Source: Tidjanibacter sp. (GTDB taxonomy: Bacteria; Bacteroidota; Bacteroidia; Bacteroidales; Rikenellaceae). From it: 64,000 nt of DNA. Shown in pieces: positions 41,084 to 51,373 of the stretch. The number at the start of each line of letters is the position of its first letter. The first letter of the stretch is position 1. The DNA lies in NCBI GenBank assembly GCA_045659085.1, contig JAZOWE010000006.1, positions 47,320-111,319 of the forward strand, given 5' to 3'. The translations under genes and the position numbers were made by a program. The notes under the pieces are model-generated. The model saw only the letters and a list, made by a program, of their open reading frames with translations. It was not told the origin of the DNA and made no database searches.

Positions 41084-42631
41084 CTATTCCAAAGCGCGGC
41101 GCTTTTTGTCCACCATCTTAAACTCCACAATGCCCATAGATTGGTCTACCAAGAGCTTGATGCGGCACAAATAACGCCTGCTCCACCTACTGCGGATACT
41201 CCACAACCAACCCCTCGAAAGATATGCAGCCATAATGGGATTGACCACAATCCTCAGCGAACGCTTGCGCTTCTCGATGGCATAGTAGGCAATCTGATTT
41301 TCAATCTGTTTGTCGATGAGAATCGAGGGCGAAATTTTACCCGTACCGCCACAAGTAGGACAGGTCTCCTCCGCCTTGCTGATAGCCTCGGGGCGCACCC
41401 TCTGGCGGGTAATCTGCATCAGACCAAACTTCGTAATGGGCAGAATGGTGTGTTTGGCCTTGTCGGTCGCCATCTGCTTCTGCATCTCCTCATAGAGTCT
41501 CTGGCGATTCTCTGCCTTGTGGAGGTCAATGAAGTCAATAATCACAATACCGCCCATATCGCGCAAGCGCAACTGACGGGCGATTTCGGCTGCTGCCGAG
41601 AGGTTTACATCCATAGCCGTACTCTCCTGGTCGTCGGCGACCTTTGCACGATTGCCACTATTGACATCGATAACATGCATCGCCTCCGTGTGCTCGATGA
41701 TGAGGTAGGCACCCCTTTTGAGCGACACATACTTAGCAAAGAGAGATTTTATTTGGCGCGAAACATCAAAGTTGTCGAAGATGGGCATTGTACCCTTGTA
41801 GTGTTTGACAATTTTGAGTTTCTCGGGTGCGATAACCTTTACATACTCTTTTATCTCGTTGTATATCCCTTCGTCATTCACATGAATGGCGTTGAATGTG
41901 GAGTTGAGCGAGTCGCGGATGATGGTGTTTGCTCGGCTCATCTCGCTGAGCAGTTGCACAGGTGCAACCTTCGTTTTGATACCTTCCAGAGCACTCTCCC
42001 AACGCCTGATGAGCGCAAGAATATCCTGCTCAATATCGATGTCGCTCTTGCCCTGCGCCGCGGTGCGGATAATCACACCGTAGTTTTTGGGCAACACCTT
42101 GTCACAGATGCGTTTGAGTCTTTTTTTCTCCTCGTTGGAGCGTATTTTTTGGGATATGGATATTTTGTTTGTAAAGGGGATAAGTACAACATTGCGACCT
42201 GCGAGAGAGATGTCCGAGGTAAGCCTTGGACCCTTTGTCGAGATTGCCTCCTTGGCAATCTGCACCATAATGGGCTGTCCGCCCGCAATGAAATTCGCCA
42301 ATTTGCCCGTCTTCTCCATGGGCTGGTCGAGTTTCAGACTCTCGATTCGCACATTTTTCTTCTTTGTCGACAGATTCGCCACGAGCTTATGGAGCGTGGT
42401 GAACTGCGGTCCGAGATCGAGATAGTGAATAAAAGCATCCTTCTCGTGACCGATATTGACAAATGCGGCATTCAGTCCGGGCATAATTTTGCGTACCTTG
42501 CCCAGATAGATGTCGCCCACCGCAAAACCACTCTTGCAACTCTCCTTGTCCAACTCTACGAGCTGCTTGTCCTCAACAAGTGCAATGGTTACCTCGGTGG
42601 GTGTCGAATTGATGATTAGTTCCCTGTTCAT
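41084..42631 (-). CDS. rng: ribonuclease E/G family
   Basis: LNAAFVNIG, KGPRLT, VIDVNSG, DMGGIVIIDFID. Confidence 0.93.
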   Translation of the reverse strand: MNRELIINSTPTEVTIALVEDKQLVELDKESCKSGFAVGDIYLGKVRKIMPGLNAAFVNIGHEKDAFIHYLDLGPQFTTLHKLVANLSTKKKNVRIESLKLDQPMEKTGKLANFIAGGQPIMVQIAKEAISTKGPRLTSDISLAGRNVVLIPFTNKISISQKIRSNEEKKRLKRICDKVLPKNYGVIIRTAAQGKSDIDIEQDILALIRRWESALEGIKTKVAPVQLLSEMSRANTIIRDSLNSTFNAIHVNDEGIYNEIKEYVKVIAPEKLKIVKHYKGTMPIFDNFDVSRQIKSLFAKYVSLKRGAYLIIEHTEAMHVIDVNSGNRAKVADDQESTAMDVNLSAAAEIARQLRLRDMGGIVIIDFIDLHKAENRQRLYEEMQKQMATDKAKHTILPITKFGLMQITRQRVRPEAISKAEETCPTCGGTGKISPSILIDKQIENQIAYYAIEKRKRSLRIVVNPIMAAYLSRGWLWSIRSRWSRRYLCRIKLLVDQSMGIVEFKMVDKKRRALE

Positions 42632-42706
42632 TATTTCTTTCAAGTGCATCCTACCACACTCGGGCAGGAAGATGTCTTCGGGGCTCAAAAGTCCCCTTTA
42701 CGAAAA

Positions 42707-42746
42707 AACAGAGCCAAAAGCCCACAATGGGGCTTTTGTGCTCTAT
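42707..42746. terminator. hairpin downstream of HU
   Basis: agagccaaaagccc-acaat-ggggcttttgtgctct. Confidence 0.55.
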
Positions 42747-42913
42747 TTCTTCTATTAAAGGTACAACAAACTATTTTTTGTTGTGTTTGTGACGATTTTT
42801 ACGCAGGCGTTTTTTGCGTTTGTGGGTCGCCATTTTGGGACCTTTCCTTTTCTTACCGTTAGGCATAGTTCTTACTTTTTAGTTTGGTTAACAAAAATCA
42901 ACTCCTTTTTGGC

Positions 42914-43186
42914 TTATTTTACCTTGCAAGTGAAGCTCTTTGCAGGTTTGAAAGCGGGGATGTTGTGTGCGGGAATAGTGATAGTAGTGCCTTTCGAGAT
43001 GTTGCGAGCAACTTTCTGAGCACGCTCTTTGATGATGAAGCTACCGAAACCACGGAGGTAAACGGGCTCGTTCTCGATCAAAGAACCTTTAACATTCTCC
43101 ATGAAAGCCTCTACAATCTGCTGTACGAGAACTTTCTCTGCGCCAGTCTCTTTGGCGATGTTGTTTACGATATCTGCCTTAGTCAT
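42914..43186 (-). CDS. HU/IHF-family DNA-binding protein
   Basis: MTKADIV, LRGFGSF, ARNI, PAFKP. Confidence 0.96.
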   Translation of the reverse strand: MTKADIVNNIAKETGAEKVLVQQIVEAFMENVKGSLIENEPVYLRGFGSFIIKERAQKVARNISKGTTITIPAHNIPAFKPAKSFTCKVK

Positions 43187-43460
43187 AACTTTATTTTTTA
43201 TTAGTTTATGAAATAATCTTAGTTTGTACCTTTTGATTTGTCCTTGGAACACACAAGGTTTTCAAATCGGAGTGCAAATATACTGCATTATTTGGTTAAT
43301 TTACAATAGAGTAGCGATTTTTTTTGATTTTTTTATCCATAGCCACCACTTGGCGACTACAACACCCCACCCAACACCCCCTCGCACACACAACACAGCA
43401 AGTTCTGTGCCCACACCTCCCTGCAAAGATTGTTTAATAATAAAAATAAGGTGTAAAAAT

Positions 43461-43491
43461 TTTGTCATTCGATTAAAAAAATATAATTTTG
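43461..43491 (+). promoter_or_regulatory. promoter of the WG-repeat gene
   Basis: TTTG-N19-TAATTTTG. Confidence 0.7.
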
Positions 43492-43602
43492 GGGGAAACT
43501 ACGCTTGATTCGGGGGGCTACCACTATCACACACAAGAGAAGCCCCGGCAACCAAACGCAAATAAACTTAAATAAATAACTAACAATTAACTATTTACAT
43601 CT

Positions 43603-46600
43603 ATGAAAAAACTTTTTGTAGTTCTTTTGGCTGCAATGCTGTGCCTCCCCGCTGTGGCTCAGGATTTGACTCCAAAGAAGAATGCCCGTGGCAAATGGGG
43701 CTATGTGGACAACAAGGACAATTGGCTGATTAAGGCAAGGTATGAGGTTGCCGAGGAGTTTGCAGCCGACGGCCTTGCAAAAGTTAAGAATTCCAAAGGT
43801 CAGTGGGGTTTTGTAAACAAAGCAGGTGACGAGGTTGTACGCCTTCGCTACGATTGGCTTGGCAATTTCTCGCTCGACGGCATCTGCAAGGTGCAGGAAG
43901 ATGGCAAGTATGGTCTGATTAACCGCGACGGCAAGACTCTCGCAAAGACCAAATACGACGAGATTGAGGAGTTCTCAGAGGCCGGCACCGCAGTGGTTCG
44001 CATCGAGGAGAACTATGGTATGATTAACAAAGAGGGTAAGGAGATTATCCGTGTTCGCTATCAGGAGGTAACCGATTTCTCGGTTGACGGCCTGGCTTGG
44101 ATTAAACAGTCCGACAAATGGGGCGTCATCAACCGCGAGGGCAAGACTATCGCAAAGGTTAAATACGACGAGCCCAGCGTGTGGAACGAGAACGGTACCG
44201 CACATGTGAAAGTTGACGGCTTGGTTGGTATCCTCAGCAAAACAGGTAAGGAGATTCACAAACCCCAATACGAGAGCATTGGCACTTTCAACGAGGATGG
44301 TTTGGCATGGTGCACCAAAGAGGGCCTCTTTGGTCTTATCAACAGCACCGGCAAACGCCTTTCGGAGAACAAGTATAGCGAGGTGAGCGGTTGGAACGAG
44401 AGCGGCAATGCTCTTGTGAGAATCGAGACCAAATGGGGCTTGGTGAACAAAGCCGGCAAGGAGGTTTTGGATGTAGCCTACGACGAGATTGGCGCTTTCA
44501 ACGAGATGGGTGTTGCCAAGGTTATGAACGACGGCAAATATGGTCTTGTAAGCTCGCTCGGTCAGGTGCTCGCTCCCGTAAAATACAGCACCATTGGCGA
44601 CTTTGCAGCAGGTTTTGCAAAGGTTAGCATCGATGGCAAATATGGTATCATCAACGCCAACGGCAAGGAGGTTTCGGCTGTTAAGTACGACACCTTTGCA
44701 GAGTATGCACAAAACGGCCTGGCGCTCGTCACTGCCGATGGTTTCATCGGTTGGGTTGACCGCGGAGGCAGGGAGATTGTTCCCGTAGCAAACGACGAGG
44801 TTGGCGAGTGGACCGAGGATGGTATGAACTGGGTTCGTAAGGGCGAGCTCTACGGCTGGATTGACATCACCGGTAAATTCATCACCAAGGTTGAGTATAG
44901 CAAACTTTGGGCTTGGGACAACAACGGTTTGAGCAAAGTTGCCAAAGGCGAGCTTATGAGCTGGATTACCCGCGAGGGTGACCTCATCTCTCCTGTGGTT
45001 TACTCGGAGGTTGGCGAGTGGAACGACCTCGGTCTTGTTTGGGTAAAGCAGGGCGAGCTCTACGGCATGCTCAATGTTGAGGGCAAGAAGATTGTGCCCA
45101 TCAAATACACCTCGCTTGGTGCGTTCAACACCTACGGCCTTGCAATGGCTTCGCTTGGCGAGGGCAAATGGGGCTGGGTTAATACCGCAGGCAAGGAGAT
45201 TCTCAAAGTGAACAACCAGGCTGTTTGGGCTTTTGGCGACGAGGGCCTTGCAAAATTCCGCGACGCTAAGGGTAAATATGGCTTCATCAACGCCGAGGGC
45301 AAGAAAGTTGTCCCCGCAAAGAACGACTATGCAGACGATTTCGTTAATGGTCTTGTAAGGGTTGGTCAGAAGGGCGTTTACGACGAGAATGGCGTATATA
45401 GCGGTGGTAAGTGGGGTTTCTACAATCCCAAAGGCAAAGCCGTTGTACGCATCAGCTACGACTATGCCGACGCATTTGCCGATGGTTTGGCTCGCGTGAG
45501 CACCAAGGGTGTTTGGACCGATGGCCAATACTCGGGTGGCAAATGGGGCTATGTAAACAACCGTGGCAAAGAGATTATCAAACCCAAATACGACACTGCC
45601 GGCAACTTCTCGGAGGGCTACGCTTGGGTAAGCCTCGCAGGTAAGTATGGCTGGATTGACACCACCGGTAGAGAGGTTATCGCCGTACAGTACGACGATG
45701 TTCACAGCTTCGAGCAGGGCGTTGCAAGGGTTAAACTCGACGGCAAATATGGCTGGCTCGGCAAATCGGGTGTGCCCGTTATCGCAATTCAGTATGAGGT
45801 TGCCGACGACTTCGATGCCAACGGTTTGGCAAGGGTATCGCTCGATGGCAAATGGGGTTTCATCAATCGCTCTGGCGAGGAGGTTGTTCCCGTTAAGTAC
45901 AATGGCGCAGAGCCCTACGATGCAGACGGCATTGCAATGGTACAGAGTGGCGAGACTTGGTTTAAGATTGACACCAAGGGTATCATTACCGTAACTCCCA
46001 AATATATCGGTTCGCTCCACTTCGACGAGGGCTTCGCACCCATCCAGCTCGATGGCAAATGGGGCTTCTGCAATGTTGCAGGTACTATGGTTATTCCCGC
46101 CGAGTTCGACGCCGTATGGGCATACTCGCAGGGCAATGCAATGGTACAGAAGGGCGATGTTTACTTCTGGATTAACATCGAGGGCAAACCCATCAACGAT
46201 AAACGCTACGAGTCTGTCGGCGAGTTCGACGGCGAGGGCCTTGCTAAGGCTTCGCTCGGTGGCAAATGGGGCTTTGTAAACCGCGCTGGTGGCGAGGTAT
46301 TGCCCGTAGTTTACGACTCGGTTGGCGATTGGGATGCAGCAGGTCTGTCGAAGATTGAGTCGGAGGGTAAGTACGGCTGGGTTAACCACGGTGGCAAAGT
46401 TGTTGTAGCTCCCAAGTACGAGGAGGTTGGCGACTTCACCGAGAATGGCCTTGCAAAGGTTAAGGTTGGTGGCAAGATGGGCTTCATCAACACCAAGTAC
46501 CGCGAGATTATCCCCGCAATCTACGACGAGGTTGGCGACTTCATTTATGGTGTGGCTCGCGTTTGCTCGGATGGCAAGTGGGGCTTCATCGACATCGACG

Positions 46601-47400
46601 GCAAAGAGATTACTCCTCTGAAATATAGCGAGCTTGGCGATATGAACGAGGGTATTGCAAAGGTTAAGGTTGCAGGCAAATGGGGCTTCATCGACTCGAA
46701 ATACGACGAGATTTTGGCTCCTATCTACGACGAGATTGGCGAGTTTGTTGACGGCATCACCTGGGTACGCCTCGAAGGCAAGTGCGGCCTTATCGACAAG
46801 AACGGTCGCGGCATCACTGCTCCCAAGTACGACACCATTGCGAACTTCGAGGATGGCGTTGCACTCGTAAGCATCAAGGAGACCTTCGGCTACATCAACC
46901 GCACGGGTGCGGAGGTTGTTCCCGTAATCTACACCACCGCCGAGGAGGCTACCGACATCTGCAAGGAGTTCCTCTACTACCAGAAGTTCTCCAACTATGC
47001 TAAGGAGTATATGGCTCCCCAGGTTGAGGCATTCAAGGTTAAGGACGAGTTCGAGACCGAGGCTCAGTACGCTTCGCGCGTAAACGAGGAGACCATCGCT
47101 GCTCTCGAAGAGAAACTCACCGAGGAGGCCGAGGCCGAGTACATCAAGGAGCGTGGCAAGAGCGTTGTTCTGCAACTCACTTTGGGCACCTACGACGCCG
47201 AGAACGAGTGCTTCGGTGTCACCGACAACAACTACGGCTCGTTTGTGGTAAATGTTCCTTTGAATGTAGCACGCGACTTCAAGTCGTTGTGGGATGGTTT
47301 GACCAAGACCGCTTCGTTCTGCGTGAAAGACGACGCTCTCTCGGTTGAGAGCATCACCTTCCGTATGCCCGACGGTGCTGAGTTCACCACCAATAAGTAG
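43603..47400 (+). CDS. secreted WG-repeat protein, 1265 aa
   Basis: Signal peptide; dozens of F-x-E-G-x-A-x-V...GKWG(F/Y)I repeats; distinct C-terminal domain. Confidence 0.9.
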   Translation: MKKLFVVLLAAMLCLPAVAQDLTPKKNARGKWGYVDNKDNWLIKARYEVAEEFAADGLAKVKNSKGQWGFVNKAGDEVVRLRYDWLGNFSLDGICKVQEDGKYGLINRDGKTLAKTKYDEIEEFSEAGTAVVRIEENYGMINKEGKEIIRVRYQEVTDFSVDGLAWIKQSDKWGVINREGKTIAKVKYDEPSVWNENGTAHVKVDGLVGILSKTGKEIHKPQYESIGTFNEDGLAWCTKEGLFGLINSTGKRLSENKYSEVSGWNESGNALVRIETKWGLVNKAGKEVLDVAYDEIGAFNEMGVAKVMNDGKYGLVSSLGQVLAPVKYSTIGDFAAGFAKVSIDGKYGIINANGKEVSAVKYDTFAEYAQNGLALVTADGFIGWVDRGGREIVPVANDEVGEWTEDGMNWVRKGELYGWIDITGKFITKVEYSKLWAWDNNGLSKVAKGELMSWITREGDLISPVVYSEVGEWNDLGLVWVKQGELYGMLNVEGKKIVPIKYTSLGAFNTYGLAMASLGEGKWGWVNTAGKEILKVNNQAVWAFGDEGLAKFRDAKGKYGFINAEGKKVVPAKNDYADDFVNGLVRVGQKGVYDENGVYSGGKWGFYNPKGKAVVRISYDYADAFADGLARVSTKGVWTDGQYSGGKWGYVNNRGKEIIKPKYDTAGNFSEGYAWVSLAGKYGWIDTTGREVIAVQYDDVHSFEQGVARVKLDGKYGWLGKSGVPVIAIQYEVADDFDANGLARVSLDGKWGFINRSGEEVVPVKYNGAEPYDADGIAMVQSGETWFKIDTKGIITVTPKYIGSLHFDEGFAPIQLDGKWGFCNVAGTMVIPAEFDAVWAYSQGNAMVQKGDVYFWINIEGKPINDKRYESVGEFDGEGLAKASLGGKWGFVNRAGGEVLPVVYDSVGDWDAAGLSKIESEGKYGWVNHGGKVVVAPKYEEVGDFTENGLAKVKVGGKMGFINTKYREIIPAIYDEVGDFIYGVARVCSDGKWGFIDIDGKEITPLKYSELGDMNEGIAKVKVAGKWGFIDSKYDEILAPIYDEIGEFVDGITWVRLEGKCGLIDKNGRGITAPKYDTIANFEDGVALVSIKETFGYINRTGAEVVPVIYTTAEEATDICKEFLYYQKFSNYAKEYMAPQVEAFKVKDEFETEAQYASRVNEETIAALEEKLTEEAEAEYIKERGKSVVLQLTLGTYDAENECFGVTDNNYGSFVVNVPLNVARDFKSLWDGLTKTASFCVKDDALSVESITFRMPDGAEFTTNK

Positions 47401-47419
47401 GTTTTTACACCTATATATT

Positions 47420-47459
47420 AAAAAAGGTCGCACTCCAAAAGTGGGGTGCGACCTTTTTT
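47420..47459. terminator. bidirectional terminator
   Basis: aaaaaaggtcgcactcc-aaaagt-ggggtgcgacctttttt. Confidence 0.85.
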
Positions 47460-47651
47460 AGAAGGCTATGAGCCTATTTTATGTGAGTTTCGCGAATTTC
47501 AAAAAAGTTGAAATTCCGAAACTTCCGCTTTATCAAAGAGACTTTTTGAGGCTCTTTGAGCAAGTCCCTCCTTTGCTAAAGGAGGGATTTAGGGAGGAAT
47601 ATAAATACTAAGCAGCCCATGCTGTGGGCAAGGGGCTTGCGGAGCAAGCCC

Positions 47652-47738
47652 TAATGTGAGGTTTTCGGAAATGGCGCAACTGCATTCCCATTATTAACAG
47701 AGAGTTAGTGATGCGCCATTTTCACGAAACTCACATTA
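47652..47738. other. 87-nt imperfect hairpin overlapping the OMP stop codon
   Basis: Terminal IR TAATGTGAG/CTCACATTA; inner AAATGGCGCA/TGCGCCATTT. Confidence 0.7.
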
Positions 47739-48278
47739 TTTTATCTGTCTGCCACCAATAACAAGACCTAAGGAAAGCCCCCAATAGGTGTATTCTCGCA
47801 TCAGAATTTTGCTTTCTAAGGATAAACGAAGAGTATTGAATAGTTCTACCCCTAAGCGAGGAGCAAATGTGAAATGCTGTCTAAACTCATTTGTGGGGCT
47901 ATTAGGAGAAAAATTTGATGCACTCCGTATAGTTTCACCATAACCTATACCGATGCCACCAAAGATATTGAAGGCTCTGTGGGGGCGATAGTTGTAGTCG
48001 GTATAAATAGTAGTATGCTCGTGCCTATATTTTTTCTGCTCTTCTCTACTATACTTTACCACACCGAGTTGCAAACCCATTGATAGAGGGGAATTGGGGA
48101 TATTAAAGCGTATTTCGGTATATACCTCACCAGATTGTGATGTGTCAAAAGAGTCGTGCCCTGCGCCACCGACAAGACCGAGTGCCAACTCGCCCTCTAT
48201 CACTCCCACGCGCTCCTGAGAGTATAAACTATAACTGGCTGCAAAAAGTAGCAATACGCTAATGATTTGCGATCTCAT
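47736..48278 (-). CDS. small outer-membrane beta-barrel protein (AT-rich)
   Basis: Signal peptide, alternating beta strands, FAPRLGVELF. Confidence 0.7.
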   Translation of the reverse strand: MRSQIISVLLLFAASYSLYSQERVGVIEGELALGLVGGAGHDSFDTSQSGEVYTEIRFNIPNSPLSMGLQLGVVKYSREEQKKYRHEHTTIYTDYNYRPHRAFNIFGGIGIGYGETIRSASNFSPNSPTNEFRQHFTFAPRLGVELFNTLRLSLESKILMREYTYWGLSLGLVIGGRQIK

Positions 48279-48286
48279 ACGCTGGG

Positions 48287-48490
48287 TTATTTTAATTCAT
48301 TTGTCGTTATAACACAAGCCTTCACTTGGTTGTTGTATCTCACATATGCATACACTTCACCCCTAGTGATAATTTGTTCATATGCTTTGGTTGCTTTGAC
48401 ATTAGAAGATATCCACGAAGCACTGTCAAAATTATATGATAATCCAAATGTCACATATCCTGAAAACCATTGATAGTAAATGTCTGCTTT
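48287..48490 (-). pseudogene. 5'-truncated ORF remnant
   Basis: 67-codon open frame with no ATG (KADIYYQWFSGYVTFGLSYNF...TNELK*) ending 8 nt before the OMP start. Confidence 0.35.
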
Positions 48491-48768
48491 TCATGTTTGT
48501 TGCGCTTTTCTTTTATTCTTGCTATGAGTTACTCGAATGAGTGACATAGTTCGAGTGGACTACGCTGAATTCTACCATTTGCTTGTATAATTCAGTTTTT
48601 TGAGAAAATGTCCATCGGTGTTGATTTTCTACAAAAATAAGACTTTTTTTTCACACATCACACTCTTTACCCCACATTGTATTATAGAAAAAAAGGTTGC
48701 ACCTTCGTGGGGTGAGACTTTTTTTATGAAAACTTTGCACAATTGGGTATAATTAGAGAAATAAATAT

Positions 48769-48776
48769 TATATTTG
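48769..48776 (+). promoter_or_regulatory. -7 element of the TM2 operon
   Basis: TATATTTG. Confidence 0.6.
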
Positions 48777-48883
48777 TGGGAGAAAGGACCCGTAGAAAGG
48801 ATGGTTCCAAGGCGAAAAAGGGAGAAAATTCGTCTCTTAAAGATTGAAACACACACATTTATTAACTTAAAACCTTTAATGTT

Positions 48884-49294
48884 ATGAAGAAACTTGTACT
48901 TACCCTTGCAGTTGCCCTTATGGCACTTTGCGCATCGGCTAACAACTATGTAGCAAACGATGCAGCTATCGACGCTCTTGTTGAGAACTCGGTAGAGATG
49001 GTTATGGAGGCTGCTCCCGCAACCGCTCCCGCTAACATGGTATCGCTCAGCAGCAATCAGGATCCCCTCATTGCTACCCTTCTTAGCTGGTTCACAGGTT
49101 GGTGTGGTCTTCACCGCTACTACCTCGGTACTCAGGTTTGGATGGGTCTTCCCTACCTGCTGACCGGTGGTGGCTTCGGCGTTGTTACCCTCATTGACGC
49201 AGTTTTGATGACTATTGACTTGGTTCAGAACAACTCTATCAATCCCCAGTACATCAACAATCCTCGCATTTTGATGTGGGCTAATTTGTTCTAA
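48884..49294 (+). CDS. TM2-domain protein with signal peptide
   Basis: IATLLSWFTGWCGLHRYYLG...GGFGVVTLID. Confidence 0.88.
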   Translation: MKKLVLTLAVALMALCASANNYVANDAAIDALVENSVEMVMEAAPATAPANMVSLSSNQDPLIATLLSWFTGWCGLHRYYLGTQVWMGLPYLLTGGGFGVVTLIDAVLMTIDLVQNNSINPQYINNPRILMWANLF

Positions 49295-49314
49295 TCCACA
49301 AAAATTACTACCTT

Positions 49315-49357
49315 TATGGGGCGAAGGCAAAACAAAACCTTCGCCCCATATTTTTTT
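49315..49357 (+). terminator. rho-independent terminator after the TM2 gene
   Basis: tatggggcgaagg-N10-ccttcgccccata plus T7. Confidence 0.85.
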
Positions 49358-49371
49358 GTAATACGCACTAT

Positions 49372-50082
49372 ATGAATAGACGATTTTTAGCCACCCTACT
49401 ACTTTTCATCCCGCTGATGGCAAGCGCACAAGTGCGCCTTTCGATTGACGAAAGGAGTGTGCAGGTGGCCGGTGGCAAGAAGATGACCACCGAGCGCAGC
49501 ATCTACCTCCACCCCGACGGTAGGCTCGTGAGTGTGCAACATAGTCCCCAGAACATCATCTCGATTACCAACTCGCTCGGCGAGATGCGTAACTACAACC
49601 CCGCAACGAATGAGGTTGTGACGATGAACAACAAGGAGATGTCTTCGAGCCGCGAGATGATTACAATGTTCGCATCGGGCAGTTATACGGATATGGCTCT
49701 GTCGCAATATGGCTTTCGCCAAAGCTCCATACGCCGAGAGGAAGGAGTTATTATCAAGACCTTCACACCCGCCAGCACTGCCGAGATAGGCAAGGTGGAA
49801 CTTGTCTTCCAACAGCAGTTGCCAATCTGTATGCTCTACTACAATGCCAAAGACGAGTGTATCCGCAAAGTCTATTTTTCGCGCTACGAGTATGGTAGAA
49901 TACCTATGCCTATGCGCGTTACGGATGTGGAATATACTCCCAAGCGCGACTCGATCGTAACACTCAACACATACAGTAATCTTATGATTGGTGAGTCTGC
50001 CAATTCGGATATGTTCGACTGGCAGATACCTTCGGACGCCAAACGCACCGAATTGGACCTCAACAAATTATTCCAGAAGTGA
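49372..50082 (+). CDS. exported protein, possibly LolA-like fold
   Basis: Signal peptide, beta-rich, C-terminal FDWQIPSDAK. Confidence 0.5.
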   Translation: MNRRFLATLLLFIPLMASAQVRLSIDERSVQVAGGKKMTTERSIYLHPDGRLVSVQHSPQNIISITNSLGEMRNYNPATNEVVTMNNKEMSSSREMITMFASGSYTDMALSQYGFRQSSIRREEGVIIKTFTPASTAEIGKVELVFQQQLPICMLYYNAKDECIRKVYFSRYEYGRIPMPMRVTDVEYTPKRDSIVTLNTYSNLMIGESANSDMFDWQIPSDAKRTELDLNKLFQK

Positions 50083-50507
50083 CACTGCGGCTCACATATC
50101 GACTTCTGATGGTCGCCCTCTTTGTGGTGGCAGGCACTCTTTCGGCCTCGGCACAACAGAGCGACAAGGAGCTCTTGCGCCAAGCCTCGTTCGAGGCTCC
50201 ACGCGAGGATAGGAGCGTGCCCTATGGCATCGAGCAGGGGCGCAAGACACTCTCGCCACTCTACCACTCGGCGAGCGGCGCTCTGTGGTTGTGGGAAAAC
50301 TTGGTGGCAGCGGATGTCTGTGCCCCAGGGGGCTACACCGACACCAATACGGCCTATTTCAAGGGGTTGGTTGTGGAGTATGGTGCTCCGCTGGCCGTCA
50401 TCTATGGCCTCGACCGTATGGTGCGCAACACCAAGATTGGTCGCCACTCGACACCAAAAAATAACATAGGACTGATTGAGGACTCCGTAGAACGCTATCG
50501 AAGATGA
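50079..50507 (+). CDS. YidD/haemolytic-domain-like protein with signal peptide
   Basis: CAPGGYTDTNTAYFKGLVVEYG...YGLDRMVR resembles the YidD core. Confidence 0.55.
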   Translation: MTLRLTYRLLMVALFVVAGTLSASAQQSDKELLRQASFEAPREDRSVPYGIEQGRKTLSPLYHSASGALWLWENLVAADVCAPGGYTDTNTAYFKGLVVEYGAPLAVIYGLDRMVRNTKIGRHSTPKNNIGLIEDSVERYRR

Positions 50508-51373
50508 AGAGATTTTTGTGCATATTAGTAGTGGTTCTTTGGGGCGCTTGTGCCAATCTTTCGGCACAACAATCCGCCATTGCCGACTATAAGTTTGGCA
50601 CCTACCTTTTGGGCAAGGGCCTGCTGAGGGATGCCGCAACACTCACACACACCCTCTCCGAGAAAGACTACACCCCCGCAGCGCTCGACACGATGCGCTA
50701 CCTGAGGGGATGGACACTCTATCAGAGCCAGAAGTTTGCCGAGGCTGCCCAGGCTTTCGGGAGTGTGGGCGAAAGTTCGTCGTTCTACCCCAAGAGCACA
50801 TTTTTTGGAGCAGTGTGCGACCTGCAAGAGGGCAACATAGCCACCGCCAAAGCCCGACTCGAAGAGTTCGCCCTCTCGCCCCACGCCGACACTTTCAAGG
50901 AGCTTCTTGCCTTTGAGCAGGGTGGTATCGCCCTATTGGAGGGAGATTACGACGCCTACGAGCGAGAACAACAGCTGTTTTCGTACTCCCATTTTGCACT
51001 CCGCACCGAGCAACAGACTCTCGACAACATCGCGCTCAACCGCCCCAAAGAGCTATCGCCCTGGGTTGCGGGCGTGGCGAGTGCCATAGTTCCGGGATTG
51101 GGCAAGATATATGCGGGCGATGTTGGCGGAGGCGTTGCTTCATTCCTCTTGGTGGGAGCATTTGCGGCACTCACTGCCAACAGCTGGGCCAAGGCCGACA
51201 GCCCCGCAAATTGGCGCACCATAACCTATGGAACCATAGGCTCACTGCTCTACATCAGCAACATCTTCGGAAGCATTGCCTCCGTAAAAGTATATTACAA
51301 GCGTTTTGAAGAGATTAACCGCGAGGCTGTTATGTACAGCATCCATATTCCTCTGCGCAACATTTTCGACTAA
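50504..51373 (+). CDS. TPR protein with C-terminal TM2-like membrane segment
   Basis: Signal peptide; helical repeats; SPWVAGVASAIVPGLGKIYAG. Confidence 0.65.
   Translation: MKRFLCILVVVLWGACANLSAQQSAIADYKFGTYLLGKGLLRDAATLTHTLSEKDYTPAALDTMRYLRGWTLYQSQKFAEAAQAFGSVGESSSFYPKSTFFGAVCDLQEGNIATAKARLEEFALSPHADTFKELLAFEQGGIALLEGDYDAYEREQQLFSYSHFALRTEQQTLDNIALNRPKELSPWVAGVASAIVPGLGKIYAGDVGGGVASFLLVGAFAALTANSWAKADSPANWRTITYGTIGSLLYISNIFGSIASVKVYYKRFEEINREAVMYSIHIPLRNIFD

Noticed and set aside
47555-47600. gtccctcctttgctaaaggagggattt hairpin as a terminator or gene
   Set aside because: REP-like short palindrome with one copy in this window and no adjacent transposase or endonuclease gene; too little evidence to call.
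48267-48473. 68-aa + strand ORF
   Set aside because: Overlaps the OMP start and lies antisense to a better co-oriented remnant frame.
48776-48880. Possible riboswitch in the TM2 operon leader
   Set aside because: Only weak stems and no match to aptamer consensus sequences I recognise.
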